Positions 34,679-49,300 of a stretch of 64,000 nt of DNA are shown in pieces. The notes beneath the pieces were generated by a model that saw only the letters and a program-made list of their open reading frames with translations, was not told the DNA's origin and did no database searches. How positions within the stretch are numbered: the stretch's first letter is position 1; the number at the start of each line of letters is the position of its first letter. The position numbers and the translations under genes are program-made. The DNA is from Marsupella aquatica (Eukaryota > Plantae > Marchantiophyta), in the NCBI GenBank assembly GCA_973895155.1, contig OZ316894.1:14461680-14525679 (forward strand), given 5' to 3'.

Positions 34679-37600
34679 ATGGCTCAAAATATTGTTGTCA
34701 CGAGGAAGGACACTCGGGATGTAATCACAATTCCCATCCTTGAATCATCTGAATCAAAGCGTGTTTCAGAGGAATATTTGGGAGTGAGATTTGATGTCGC
34801 CAAGGAGTCTATTTTAGCGATCTCGTTAGTGTCGGTTTGTTTGGGGGAGACTCCAATTTTCTACGATGTTGTTCATGGTCAAAGATATTGGACTCTGGAG
34901 GCTCAGAAAGAATATGAGGTTTTTGTTTTGAGAGATTATGGGGCCTCCTGTACTTGTCCTCCCACAACGGCTGAACTCGATGTCATCGAACTCTCGGAAA
35001 GTTCTAGAGATGATAAGCAAGCGACAACTACTCTCGGAGAGAAGATTCTAGTTTACCCATCCAAGGTTAAAAAGGAGTCTAATGCGGATCGAGAAAAGAT
35101 TGTGCCTTTGACTGTGTACCGGCAGAGTGCAATGGATACAATCTTGAAATCCAAAGGTCATAGTGAATTGTCTCGGTTTGTAAGGGGGAGTGATTTTGTT
35201 CATCACGTAGTGCCTAGTCTTCCCACATCTTACAATGGGAATGTGGTTTTTGAGTTACCCCCGATAGATTGTGTGAACGCAAAAGGTGAACATTTGAAAG
35301 ATATGGATCATGGTAAGGATTGTTATTATTGGACTCGGATTGTGAAAACATCTTCAAATGTTCTTTCGAAGAAAATGTGGGATTTTGGGAAAGTCCAGTG
35401 TACCGGATCGCTGCAGTGTCGAAATAATGCTTGTCCGTGGTGGAAAGACAACAAGTTTTGAAATAATGAGATGTGGGCAAGAACCCCAAAACTTTCGGGC
35501 CCATTTTGAGTTGGGGAATTGATCTCCGAAGGTGGAGTTGTTTGTCACCATTGCTCCAAACCTTCGATGTGTGTTGAGGCCTGCCCTGCTCTAATGTTCT
35601 ACATGTATCCCTCTGCGAAAGTTGACGTTAAGTCTTTGGCCCACATGTCGCGACTAGCTGTTCATATGGGATTTCACAATCATCCCAGTCGACGGGTCTT
35701 TTCGAGGGAAGCAGAAAAGGTTGCAAGGTCTCATCTGGAGAAGGGATTCACTGCAAACCCCATGGCATCCCCAGCAGGGATAAAAAACTCTGCGACTAAG
35801 ACACTGACGAATACATTTTGTGAGGCCTCTGTTGAAGAAATCTCTCTCAAAGAAGAGAAGGAAATTTGGGAGTCCCTGATGGTCGTGGCATCTCCTCAGA
35901 AGTTTGCATCCGTGTTAAGGAGTGTCCGTCAAGATCAGAAGGGGAAAGGGGAACTGGAATTTCTTGTGAGGATGCAAAAGTGTATCCGACTGCCTTTTCT
36001 TCATAGGTTCTTGCTCCCTGGTCAAGGTTGCCGGGACGAGAGTGCTCATATCTTTAAAATGACCGTAAAAGGTGACGGAAGTGGTCTGGACCTGCTCCAA
36101 AGAATGAAACCTGGTGGGTCGTTAGAGGGTTCATGGGTAAGTTTGACGTGATGCATCGAAGCACGGCAGATTGGCTTACTTTCAGTGCCCATGTATATGA
36201 TCATCATTACCGGGCACTTTGCACCATATTCACTTGTGAGCTAAATGCCGAAGATGCAAAATCTCTGGAGAGAGCCTGGCGTTTGATGCTAGAGGTTTCC
36301 GATGAAAATGGTTTAGAGGATGTTACAATTCGGGGATTCATGGCAGACAATGCTCAGGCTGGTTGGAATGTTGTTCGAAATGTGTTCTTTGACGGTGTAC
36401 CCGACCCAGAGCAAGAAAGAGCAGATGCCTTTCATTTTTTCCAATCTTTTCATCGTCATTCCCGAGAAGGTGTGAAAGATGGAAAGCACGGAGAGCACAA
36501 GGAGATGTGGGATCGTCTTTGGAACGTGCCAACTTTCTTGAAAGCATATCGAATCTTGAGGGAAATCGATGACTGGTGGAGGTCTGGCAATTGTCACTCA
36601 GGCAAACTTCGGATGTTGCAAGGGTGGCTGTCTTGGTGGGTTGTCCGATGGAGACAATGGGGGAACTTCATGAGACTGGTGAGTTATACACTGCTCTAGG
36701 ATGCATGTTCCCATTAATAGCGCTCGGCTTTAGTGAAGCATGTGTGAGATAGAAGAGTTCCTTATCCGCAAGAGTAGCGCCGAGCGCTAATAATCCGTTT
36801 GGACTATGAGTGATGTAAGGACTTACTTTATTCTGTGTTCAACGGTTCTTTACATGGAAATATCATCATCAGTTTATTAGCGTCTGGCGCTACTGTTATT
36901 TCCATTGTGTTGCCACTTTTGTGTGCAATTTCTTACATGTACTAAACCCTTGCGTGCAATGTTTCAGAGCAAGAGTGCCAAAGAAGCTGGGATGATTCCT
37001 AATTGTACTCGTTCGGAATCTAGGCATGCTGGAATGAAAGCATGGCAATAGAAAAAAAGGTTGGTCTGTTTGAAGGATGCAAAACGGACCAAAATAGAGC
37101 GGTTGCTCAAATTGCTGCTTATACAGCATACAAAAGGGGATTGAGCAGAGGAACTGGCCCAACTATTTTTGAGCTTGCCTTCAGATCGGTGGACCTGGCG
37201 GGGTCACTGCGTCTCTTTGAGAAAGCCACCAATCTCCTCTCGTCGAACGCTGCTAAGTTTGATTTGGAAAGAAGCATTCCATTGAATGGTGATGTTGAGT
37301 GGTGGACCTAGCCACCCAGCGCCCTCACCAATCCCAACACATGCGCCTAAGTGCCCTTGGTGCCCGAACGCCTCTGCAGAATACCTCGAGCAAGCATCCA
37401 AGTGCCTCTAGCACCACCAGTGGCCCCTCCCATACGAAGCTGCACTTGCTCACCTACACGACCGCTACTCAACGGTCCTCATTGTCTACACAAGCAACCA
37501 AGCACCTCGGTAAGTAACCCCTCCGGATCTAGAACTTGCCAAGTCCAGCATCTTAACTCAAGCTCAACAGACGTTGGTAAATAGGTCAGCGATAGGTCCT

Positions 37601-39992
37601 CCCGATGCCATAAGCCGGAACCAGAACCCACGCCCACTATCCGTCCAGGACAGCTCCTTCCTTGGGCGAGGCCCGGGTTCCCCCTCGTACCTATCCATCA
37701 CCAACTGACCACCCTGACCTCAGGACATGCTCATGGCCCAACTAGCGTAGCTTGTCCTAAAGCTTGTCCCGAGCTTGTCTCAACACACCGGGACCAGAAT
37801 GGCCCCGACTCTAACAATCGCTCCCGGTTTGTCCCACTGATGGTCTAGGGACCGATAGCCCTTGGGACTCAGCCTCCTTACCTACTTGGCCTTGCCCCCT
37901 CAACGCAAGCTCCCTTGGGAGGCTGAACGCGGCTTGGCTGTTGTTCGGCAGGATTTGGCAAGTGGGCGAGCTAACACCCACAAACCACAAGAACCCATGG
38001 CACACCCAGACCCAACTGAGCTTAGGAGGACGTAGCCTTCCTCAAGAGCTTTCCAACGCACCTAAGAAGTCCTCCAACGGACTTCCCGTTAGGAAGATAT
38101 CGCCATTTCCGTTTGGCAGTTTCCCTTAGTGTCGCGACCGCCGCGGCTCACGACTTCGGCTCGCCCTTAGCCCCCAGAGAGACACCACTCCCCTCATATA
38201 TGCATCTGGAGACCTGTCACCCCCGGACAAGCTTTGATCCCTAAACATTTGGCCCCCAACCCGGATCCCATCGCGCATAATGGGCGCGCCACCAACTGGC
38301 AACGCCCATAACTTTCTTGATAGGCATCCGCAAGCGGAGTGGCTTAGCCCGTTGTGACCGGGCCGACCCAGTGCTCATGCCTAGGCCCTCAGGTCTGATC
38401 GCCGCTCAGGGCCCCCGACCGGCCCAACCCGGATCGGGCCACAACTTGTGCCCCAAGCATCCGTTGTCAATGGCAACAACTCCATTGGCCTTGGGCCCAA
38501 GAGGAGCTCACTCCCAAGCCCTCAGAACCCAAAGCCCATCCGATGGTCCGGACGGCCACCCTTGAGCCCGGCTCATTTCCCCTTGACCCAACCAGCCATA
38601 GGCTAGTCCAAGTCCTCAGTGTGTGTCCCCAGCTTGGCCCTGTGCCTCGCTAGTGCCACGTCTCATTGCCCACAAGTCTCCCCATGCTAAGGTCCTCCCC
38701 GGATGGCCTATCCGGGCCTGGACCATAAGGGAGCTCGGCGTCGAAGTCAGCGACGCCGGAGCTAAGTGTTAAGGTAGCCGAGTTCCGTGACTTGTTGTAA
38801 CTCGATCGGTGAAATGAAAAGGACATGCAACTGGGAACATCTCGGCAGAAGACTCGCACAGGCATGATACCATCCTTGTTACTTCACCAAATACAAAAGG
38901 TTTGAAAAGGAGAAACCTGCATTCCACTGATTTCGAGAAAATGCCTTCTACGCCTTCAGCCGATGGAATTGATGCAGTCCATAATTTGTCAGAAAGCGAT
39001 GCTTCTGAGGAAGTTGTGGTCATTGACACACCTTCGCGTCGAGCAACAAGATCCTCTGTCCCACCAATGACCCTGCAAGACCTATTGAGACTGCATATTG
39101 TCATTCAGTTTCCCCAATGGAAAGTGAAGTACCTCCCGGTGCCTGGCAGTTGCGTCGGACCTCAAAACGGGGTGTGGGTCCAGTGTGTAACGGAACCCTT
39201 GGATGGGGAGGTAGTCGTGATGAATGTCAAAATTGAGTAAAGAAGGTAGGCCTTCCGAATCCAGATGGTGTTGTTGCAATTTCCGTGAGAGGATGCAGAA
39301 TGTTCAGGGGGCAACCTTATAACGATCAGATATGGTTTTGCCCCAACAACCACTGTCACCGAAGCACAACAAGGAGAGGAGTCTCGAACATTCCCAATGT
39401 TCCTTCACATCTCCCAATTGCCAGAGGGACCAATCTTTCTGGAGTAGAGATTCAATTTTTTAAAGAACAAGGACTTATTCTCTCTGAAGGCCATGGAGAT
39501 GAAATCGAAGCACCGTTGCCTTCTGCGTTACGGATTGATGTCAATCTTTTCCCGGAGAGGATCAACCTAACTGACCCATCTGTGAGGTGCGCTTCAAGGA
39601 ACGGGAAGAAATGCTTGCAAAGAGTGCATCTTACCCAAACACATTTGAAGAGAATTGAAGCCTCTGAAAAAGAAGTGATGAGCGTCATTGGAGAGAGAGA
39701 GATCACGAGTGGAAATGGGTCGGGGAAATAGTTTTGTATCCGGACCCATGAACATGAGAGATCAGTCACCTCTTATTGGGTTCATATATGTTGTTTCCCA
39801 TGTTGCTCCTGCGAGGATTTCTACCGTCGGCATACTTATTGGAAGCCTTACATGCCTTGCAAACATGTGTATTGGGTGTTCAAGAATGTGTTCAAACTGG
39901 ATGTGCTCGATTCGACATTATGTAGCCAGCCAATTCTAACGTTGGGAGAAGTCCGTTACATACTTGATAGGCAGTTGGGAACGAGAATGTAA
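34679..39992 (+). pseudogene. Mutator-like DDE transposase of element A
   Basis: GNVVFELPP, CTGSLQC, HMGFHNHP, FDVMHR, FMADNAQAGWNVVRNVF, DAFHF, intron about 36679-36968, NCTRSESRH, SWIM CSCEDF...PCKH. Stops, frameshifts and a solo-LTR insertion. Confidence 0.88.
37298..38792. mobile_element. 1495-bp insertion, probable solo LTR, with AGT...ACT ends
   Basis: 5-bp TSD TGTTG (37293-37297 and 38793-38797). Removing it restores LNGDVVTRSVK, matching LNGDIMTKSMK in element B. Confidence 0.85.
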
Positions 39993-40629
39993 GACTGTTG
40001 CTTTATCGTTGAACAGCTACAATTGTAGTTTGTCTTTTCTAACGGGCAGAAGTGTGAGTTCTTAAAGTGTTGTTTTTTTGTATAATACAATACTAGCGTC
40101 GGGCGCTAGTATTGTATGACTTTGTTTCGACTTCATATTTTGTGGCAATATATTGGAGTCCTTGTGTGAAATAGTCAAGAAATTTCCTCTGATGTTGTAC
40201 AATGGTGGGACCCACCATAATATTGTCCGCACAATTATTGCATATAAGGACGCTACATACCCTGAAGAGAAGAAACCAAAATGCATACAAGAAAAAAAAT
40301 ACTCATACAAGAAAACAGAAACTCATACAAGAAACCAGAAACTTGTACGAGTAAATAGATATGCTCATACGAGGAACTTGTTTACTCGTACGAGACAAAA
40401 ATTTGCTTGTACGAGGCAAAATTGGCTCGTATGAGAATATCTATTTACTATTTGCTAGCACGGTGGTTATACCCCCCTTTGCACACCCGCTAGAATATAG
40501 TGGTAGTTTAGGTACATTGTTTAGAGGCCATATATGCAAGCTACAATATATATGCTTAATGTTCTTGAAGGAAACCCTGATTGTTCTTGAAGAAAATAGG
40601 CTTTGTTAGGAGCACATACTCTAGGGCAA

Positions 40630-40865
40630 GAGGTTTACATACGACAACAAACAGTAAACAATAACTGGAAGCACTTCCTGTTACCAGGAAGATGCTCGTA
40701 ATTTTTTTAACTACATATGCATAGAAAGTCTTCTTGTTTTTGGTCTCAAAATTGTTCTTTTAGTTGGCCAGCAGTATTGGCGCCCTAACACTAATGCAAA
40801 ATAGACCTCACATCACAAGAACAGAACAGAAAAAATTGTGTGTCGCCTGTTGTGGTGGGTAACTC
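40630..40865. mobile_element. Possible degenerate MITE/TIR remnant of the A/B family
   Basis: GAGGTTTACATACGACAACAAACAGTAAAC and CCTGTTACCAG resemble the family ends; no TSD found. Confidence 0.35.
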
Positions 40866-41979
40866 ATAGGTAGCACACAACCCAAGCAAATATCTTCATT
40901 TATACCAGTTTGTTCCCATGGAAGAGCTGGCCTTGCCGAGATGGGTCATCCGTATAGTACGAATGCCCCAGGTGAAAAAAAATGGAAAACAAAGTTCTTC
41001 TTGTTCAGCATCACAATAATCCATCCTCCTTTATTCATATCCCTTCATATACATAGGAGGTTGCTAAGGTGGTTGGTTGTGTAACCGCCTTAGTCCTAAC
41101 CTTTGGGTAGACCTAACCCAGGGGTTATAACACTCCCCCTTGGATGCATCGTTTGTGGTTGTAAATGTGCAGACATTTAAGGTCTACCTTTGATAACTAT
41201 AGGAAAATTAAATGTTTCCTAGATGATGGTCTAAGTGATTGTCTAGTAGAGTCATATGGGTTGAGTGTAACCTCATTAAACCCCCCCTCCTTTCTTGTGG
41301 GGGGAAAAAGAGTATTACCACCCTGCCCTTTACATGCCCTTAAATCAGTTTATGTTATGAGATATAGTGTTCTAAGTGTGGTCGATCAATATTACTTAAA
41401 GTAGTTGGCCCTATTCATGTCTGTGTTAAGTTTACGAGTCGTAAGCATTTGGTAATGTAAGGGGTTCATTGGTAACTAAGGTGAAACGGGGGTGTAAAGA
41501 AATTAGGTTTCCCGTTTCATTTGTGGGCAAGTGTCGTATAATGTGGGAAGTCATGGTGGACGGGAGGTTTTGGTGGTGATGGAATGTTGACTGTGCTCGC
41601 TCTTGCGCTCTATGGAGTTGGGTGGTCCAAGTTCGATTGGAGTCTTGGGTGAGCTATTGGCTGTCGACTTGTAGCTATCCATCATGTCGTTTGGGCTGGC
41701 AGAAGGTGATCGCTTTTGGTTGGCCTTTTGTGGTCATTGCCCTGTTTGCATGTTCCTGCTCGATGCTGTGCTGTTTGAATTGTTTCTGGTTGAGCTGTGG
41801 TCCATCGCATTCAATTGATGTCGCTTTGCCAGTACATTTGCGCTCCCCCTGAAGCCAGAATGTTTTGTTTTTCTCTCTATTGGGGGACCTGCAAAAGTTC
41901 AAACAATGTAAGTATGGCAATGTGAGTCTTGTTTGCCGCTCGTCTCAGTTGGAGGGGTCTCTCCTCATTTGCTGAGGGT

Positions 41980-43730
41980 ATGAGTTCAGAAAGGCTACGC
42001 ATCCTGATCGATTTGATTAGTGCTGTATGTGTAACTGGAGGTAGTGACTTGGTGAATAGGTCCGCGTTGTTCTCAAGGCCGGGGATCCATTGCACATCAA
42101 TTGTATTGCCCAGCTGTCCATGTGCAAAAAAGAACTTAGGAGCTATATGCTTCGTCCTATCTCCTTTAATGAATCCGACTGATATTTGTTTTACGCATGG
42201 TCAATTGTCTTCATAAATAATGGTAGGCAAATTGAATTTAGGAATACCTATGGTTTCTTGGATGTAATCAATGACGTTTCGTAACCAGATACATTCCCTG
42301 CTCGCCTCATAAAGGGCAATAATCTCTGAGTGGTTCAAAGAGGTAGTTGTCAGAGTTTGTCTCATGCTGCGCCAAGAGATTGTTGTAGGTCCAATTCTGA
42401 AAATATATTCGGTCTGTGATTTTGCATCTGCCGGGTCAGACAGATAGCCCACATCTGCATATCCTGTGAGTGTTAGGTCCATGGTGGTGGGATAAAATAA
42501 TCCAAGGTCAATTGTCCCACTCAGGTAGCGTAGTATTCGTTTGAGCCCGTTCCAGTGCCTAATCGTAGGCTGCGAGCTATGGCGGGACAGCAGGTTGACA
42601 ACAAAAGCAATATCCGGGCGAGTCTGGGAAGCTAAGAAGAGTAGTGCCCCTATGATGGACAAGTATGGTTTCTCGGGGCCAAGAAGTGGCTCCTGTTTGG
42701 TTCTTTTCCAAAATATCTTTCTCTTTGTCCAGTGAACGTAGGTCCATTGGTGATCTTACTGATTTTACTGTATGCATATTGAATTGTTTCAGCATCCTGT
42801 GGGTGTAAGTTGATTGGTGGAGGAATACTCCATTCGTAAGGTGTTTGAACTGCAGTCTGAGGCAGAATGCAGTTCTGCCTAAATCTCTGGTTTCAAATAC
42901 CCGGTTCAGCTGTTTAATTGTATCCTGTAGGATCTTTCCTGTGCTGAATAAGTTTAGGTCGTCCACATAGATGGCCACTATGATTATTTCATGTCCTTCA
43001 AGTTTAATGAATAGGCACGGAGTAAGGTCCGAGGTCTTAAAACCCATGGCCAGCATCTCATTTTTGAAATGTCTGTACCAGGTGCGCCCACTCTGCTTCA
43101 AGCCATACATGGATCGGAGGACCTGGACAGCGAAACGAGTACTTGCATGAAGTGCCTTCTCGTTCTGATTTGGCTTAGTAGAAGCTCACCATCCTATTGC
43201 TTTGGCAGTGTTGTATAACACTATTTTGTTTGTGTGGCCAAAAGGGCCTTCACTCTTAGTGTTTGTTTCTGGATGCCCCTTCTCCCCCTGAATGTGGTAG
43301 TTTACTCTAGTTATAAGTTCAGGAGGGGCTTCCATATAATCATAGTGTCGAGGTGACCATATAGGTAAGCGGTCACTATGTCCAATTGATGCATTATAAG
43401 TTTATGGTGTATCATGGCAAATGCTATTAGGTATGTGTACGTTATCATGTCCATGACCGGTGAGTAAGTTTGGTCATAGTCTCTGCCGGGGATTTGTATG
43501 AATCCTCTGGCTACTAATTTGGCTTTGTATCTCACAATCGCTCCCTCTGCATTCCTCTTTTTAATGAATGTCCATTTGTAGCCTGTGAGGTGGACCTCAG
43601 GTGGAGCTGGTTTGATCGGGCCAAACACTTGCGGTGAGATCAAGGAGTCAAGTTTGGAATTGATTGTAGTTTGCCATTCTTGCCAGTCTTTTTGCTGGCG
43701 TGCTTCGTTAATGGTCATGGGATCAGGTAA
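41980..43730 (-). pseudogene. Copia reverse transcriptase/RNase H
   Basis: RYKAKLVARGF, YGLKQSGRTWY, IYVDDLN, TRPDIAF, NHSEIIALYEASREC, IYEDN, ADLFTKSLP; frameshifted. Confidence 0.92.
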
Positions 43731-46354
43731 GTCCGCTATTATCTCTTGGGAGATTGGTGTGAAAATATGCTATCCAGTAATACTTTAGATGTGTCCCAAA
43801 TGTTACCAGTGTGGTTGTAGTTAATTGCTATCTCTTCGTTTTCTATTGGTGTAGGTATAGCAGGTACCGTGGATGCTGATGTAGTTTGTTGTGACGCCGA
43901 TGACATGGTCCTTATTCTTTAATCTGATTAACTAGGGTGTTGTATGCAAGGAGTAGCTATTGATATTGCATAACAATAAGAGCATTGGAAAGCTCTGGTC
44001 AAGGCGAGTAAAATAGATATAAAACACTCGGGAAACGGAGGTGTATTAAGGAAGATACGGCCTGATTAGTGTGACGGGTTAACTTGTGGCCGGAATTAGC
44101 GGGTTCGGCTTCAGTTTCGGGTTAACCCAAGCTCGGCCACGGCTTAGCTTAGGTAAGCACGGCTTCAGCTTATCTCAGGTAAGCACGGCTTCAGCTTAGC
44201 TCAAGTAAGCACAGCTTCAACTTAGGCTTAACCCGGGTTCGGATTAGATTTATCCCGGGTTAGACTGAACTCGGGTTAGCCTAAACTCGGGCTTGGGTTA
44301 GCATAAGTAAGTTCGGGTTCGGGCTCAGCTTAGCCTAGGTTAGCGGATAGTGGGTAGCGGCCTAACCCGAGACCACGGGTTAGCTCTACTCGGGTTAGAT
44401 AGGATAGCTAGGTTAGCCGAACTCGGGTTAGCTATGTAACTCGGGTTAGCGCAGCAGTGAGTACCCTCTCTTGGTTGCGGGGGCATAACTCTCTGTGTAT
44501 TTGACCAAATTGGCTATAATTGACCTCGTTGGAAAGAGGAGCTCAAGCCGCTTCCAACACTGCTATCCACGCAGCAAATTGTTCAATAGAGAAATTGGGA
44601 GAGGAGGCGCAAGCTCGCAAAAACCATGGAGGAGGGCCAAATCTGAAGTACATAGCCAATTCGAGATAGAAATAAAGTTGCGAGTTAGGGTTCAGTAGTT
44701 AGAGATAGTGGCGGCTCTGTTAGGGCTGGGATGGGGCTCCAGCAGCGTAGTATCCACCCATTTGGGCTCAGTATGAAAGTATATAGAGCAACCCCCCGGT
44801 AGAGGCGGGGGGGACTTCAGTTGTGTGATCTCACGTAGACCGAGCAGCAGGGAGGAGCTCTGTGCAAGGAAGGCTGGGCTTGGAAGCTGTGTGTTGGGGA
44901 GAGCTTGGTTGTGCTATTATTCAGGGAGTAATCAGCCACGCTTCACAGCAACAGTTGGCCAGGTTTGCGAGCTGGATTGTGGCTCTTTCTAGTGGGCAGC
45001 ACAATTGGGTTCTTTTCCCCCGATACAGAGCCTTGGTGATAGGTGATGTATTGGTATTGTAAACTATGGGGAGGATGTCAATTTGATTTGTGGTGAGCAC
45101 ATTAGGGAGGCTGAGATACTGATTGAGGGGCAGTAGAAGGAGCATTTACAGTTTGGTCTGGCAAGGCTACGTGATCCATGGGGAGTCCCGGCCTTTTTCT
45201 GGTAGAGAGCACTAAGGGATTTATGGCCAGAGCTGAGCTTGCAAGGCAAGCATGAGTCCGGGCCTCATTGCAGTCTGGGGTAGGTCGCCGTTAGGCCTGG
45301 TACCAGCTTTGAAGTCGAGTCAACTATGCATGCGTAACTTGACATTCGGAAATGGAGGTGTGAGATCTGTATGTGCCCCCAAGAATGAAGTGCAATGAAG
45401 GAGGTTGAGTTCAGGATTGAGTTTGCAAGGCAAGTACGGGAATGGTTCAAGTCCAATCTGCCGTCGCAATCTGGAGTGAGCCGGGCTCAGGTTCAGGATT
45501 GAGCTTGCATGGCAAGCACGGGGCTTGCAAGGCAAGCACGTCACAATCTGGAGGAGACAGCCTTCGGGCCTATTTTTTGATCAAGTGTTCTCAATGAACT
45601 ATTGTGCACATCTTTGAATCTAATTGAGTTTTCCTCTCAGGGGGTATGATAGCCACGACAGAAAACAGAGAACAGAAAACCTGTTACCAGGGGTTTATTT
45701 TCTGTTAACAGGGAAATTGTACCTGTTACCAATAAGCTTGTCCCTGTTACCAGTTTTGCCTGAACCATAACGTGCATATCCACCACTCTAAGGTGCATAT
45801 CCACCACTCTAATGGCATAATTTTTCGGGGGGCAATAAAGTTTAAAACAAACAATTATTTTGTGCCATCCGATGGATGAAGTGTACTATCAATCCTCCAT
45901 TGACACAACAATTTATTGTAGAAGATAAAAAACATGGTATTAGGAGTGTGCCTAAAGAAAAATTCATGCAAATCAATCTATTTTCATCGGCAAATAGTGA
46001 CCCTTAGAGTGGGACCCACCATAGCACATGTCAATCGTGGAGTCCAAATGAACCCAATCTAAAGGAGTTGATTAAATGGACCTTGTAATGTCACAAACAA
46101 ATGACAAATCACATCCTCGAGGCTTTGAAGACAATAGACAATTTAATCAACTTACACATTTTAAATAAAACAAGAGGTCATTCTTCCACAATGCACGTAC
46201 ATAATGAAGCAATGAATATCCGGTTTCCTAGAACCAGCGCCCGGCGCTAACCAACAAAGTCTCAATAAAACAACTAAAATATCCGTTGGAAAAAGACAAA
46301 ATAGGGAATAACCGTTATATTGAATGACGACCTATTGGGCAGTTTTGATCTCTC

Positions 46355-49300
46355 TCATAAGCCATTCAAGTTCTGCCTCTCCAGCACAAGCCTGACTTCG
46401 CCTAAAGTCAAAATAGGTTGGCTGCAAAGAGTCGACTCCTCAATCTCAAGTTTGAAAACATTTATGTACACCCAGTATAGATGTTTGCAAGGCATGTACG
46501 ACTTGCCACGCGAATGTCGGAGGAAGAAGTCTTCACAAGAGCAAGCGGGGAAGATACAGATTTGGACGAAGTATGTGCTTGGTGATCGATGGTTCTCATG
46601 GGTTTGAATTCAAAATTGCTTTCCAAAAGCATTTCCGGTCTGAACATTCCATTCCCCATCCAAACTCATCACTTCTTGTCGTGCAGACTCCATTCGCTTC
46701 GTGTGACCCACAGTGAGATTAGACCGAGGCCTTGAGTTCCTCCCATTCCGACTACCAAGTCGGAGATTCGGCTCCAAAAACCTTATTGTTTCTGGGAACA
46801 CGTTAACATTTATCCTGAGGTCAAAAGCAGATGGCGCAGATCGACTCAATCCTGTTGTTCGCGCTAATACAAGTCCTTGCTCTTCCAGGAATGTAATTTC
46901 AGAAGGAGACAGGCTCGTACCCTTCAGAATAGGCAAAATGTCAGGAAAAGGAGGAAGCTTCTGAACACCACGACGCGGATGACTCTTGTAACACGCTTGG
47001 TTCGGGCAAAACCAAATCATTTCGGAGATGGGTTCGCCCCTGAAGAGACGATGGCCCTTCACGACAATTCTGACAACACCTTCAGACGAATGGAAGCCAA
47101 CCTTCTTGATACGATTTCGACACTCATCGCGATCCGAACTCCCATTCAATGTACCATTGCATTGCGGACCTGCTCCATACTTCGATGTCCGTCGCAACTG
47201 CCACTGCCCCGGAGGGACATCCTTCTCTAGCACAATCGTGCGTGGAAGTTGATTCTGAAGTGTTGCTGGGGCACTGAGCGGAGGTTTTGAGGATCTTGTT
47301 GTTCGGGTTGTTTGAGGAGTATAGTCCAGTGAATCAGTATCACTCTCTGATGTGACCATACCTGAGAGATTCACCACCTTTGTGACAGGATGATCAGAAC
47401 TTGAGGGAATAGAAGAAAAGTCAGTTCTGTTCAGGTTCTTCCTTTTCAAACCACGAGTATTTGGTGTGGTTATTAGAACGGTGTCATGCCGATGGGAATC
47501 TTGTGGAGAGACAGTCCCAGTTGCATGTCCCTTCCTCTTCATTGACTTCGTCATTATATCTCCATTCAGGGGAGTACTTCTTTCCAAATCGAATTCTGCT
47601 GCGTTAGATAGAAGCATATTAGTCGCTTCTTCAAACAATCTTGGCGAACCTGCTTGATCGGTGGAATGGAACGCCAATTCCCATATAGTTGGCCCCTTCC
47701 CCCGGTTCAAGCCTTTACGGTATGCACTGTATCCGACAACTTGAGACAGAGCACGGTTTTGGTCAACTTCGCAAGCTTCATAAAGACCGACCTTTTTCTT
47801 TGTAGCCGAGGCTTTCATGGACGCATGCCTTGATTCTGACCCTGTACAGTTGGGGATCAAGGCACCTTCCTCAGCGCTTTTGCTCTGTCATACGAAAATG
47901 TCAACCGTAAGTAGTATTCTATTACCAGCGCCCGGCGCTGGCAACATAAATATGTAGAACAGGCCTGAAATACAATTTCATTGTTTAATACTGAATTCTA
48001 ACTACATATTGGCTTCAATTTCTTGTACTACTTGTTTTGACATGTATGGAGAAAATAACCAGCGCCTGGCGCTAATATGAAGTTGATGAACATTACAGTC
48101 TAGATAGATGGATGCCTTACCACTCGAATAAAATTGCCCCACTGGCGCCAGCGAACAACCCACCAAGATATCCAGCTTTGCAGCATCTTCAGCTTTCCGG
48201 GGACACAGTTTCCTGATTGCCACCACACAACAATCTCTTGGGACACCCGGTATGCTGCCACAAATGATGGAGCATTTCTCAGTTCTCCCAAAGTCTTCGA
48301 TGCTCCGATTGACATTCTTCCAGTACTCCTTCCTTGGAATGACGATGAAAAGATTGATAAAAGTGAAATGCATCAGAGCGCTCCCTCTCCGGGTCCGGGT
48401 GTCCACCGAAAAAAACATTTCGCACTGCATTCCATCCAGCTTGTGCATTGTCGGCCATAAATCCTTGGATGACAACCTCTTGAAGTTCATTTTCTTTGCA
48501 AACCTCAATCATCACTCTCCATGCCTTTTCGAAGGACTCAGTGTCTTCACCTTTCAACTCGCATGTGAAAATTGTACACAGTGCACGGAAATTGTGGTCG
48601 TAGACGTGTGCGCTGAAAGTAAACCAATCCGTGGTGACACGCTGCATCACATCGAAACTTACCCAGGCTCCTTCGAGTCTTCCACCCGGTTGCATCTGCC
48701 TCAAAAGATGCACACCGGAACCGTGACCTTTCACGGTCATTTTAAAGATGTGAGGCCTATCGTTCTGACATCCCTGACCTGGAAGCAAATACCTTTGGAG
48801 AAACGACACATGAATCCTCCTCTGCATTTGTGAGAGAAAATCTAATTCACCCCGACCTTTTTGGTCTATCCTAACGCTCCGACAAAGAGATGCAAACTTC
48901 TGCGGAGTGGAAAGGACCATCAGAGACTTCCATATTTCAGTTTCTTCGATATCGACCATGTCGTCAACATGTTCGCAGAGAGATTTCACTAAGGACCCTG
49001 TAGCAGAATTCAAGATCCCTGCCGGTTTTGACAGAGGATTGGCTTCATGTTTTTTTTAATTAGATCCTCAGCTATCTTCTCCGCACTCCTACAAAAGGTT
49101 TTTCTACCTGGATGGTTGTGCTCACCTATATGAATTGCCAGGCGGGACATATGACTGCATGTTTCCGCATCAAGTAATACTTGGGGGTACATGTAAAACA
49201 AACGGGCAGGGCAGTACTTCACACAAAAAGGAATCTGTTCACAGTAATGACAAACAACACCTCCCTCTTCGATGAAAGATCCCACAGCATACTGACCACT

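Larger units (their letters stand above)
25917..40474. mobile_element. Element A: 14.6-kb Mutator-like DNA transposon with transposase and ParB/MTase-like gene
   Basis: 9-bp TSD CCCTTTGCA at 25908-25916 and 40475-40483. Imperfect TIRs GGGGGATCTCTCCGTGACAGCAAATAGCAAAC and (rc) GGGTATAACCACCGTGCTAGCAAATAGTAAAT. Confidence 0.9.

Noticed and set aside
44070-45545. Solo LTR bounded by TGTGACG...CGTCACA
   Set aside because: Flanks ATTAG and ATCTG do not form a TSD, and the right end is part of a local repeat. The TSD-supported LTR is 43890-57481.
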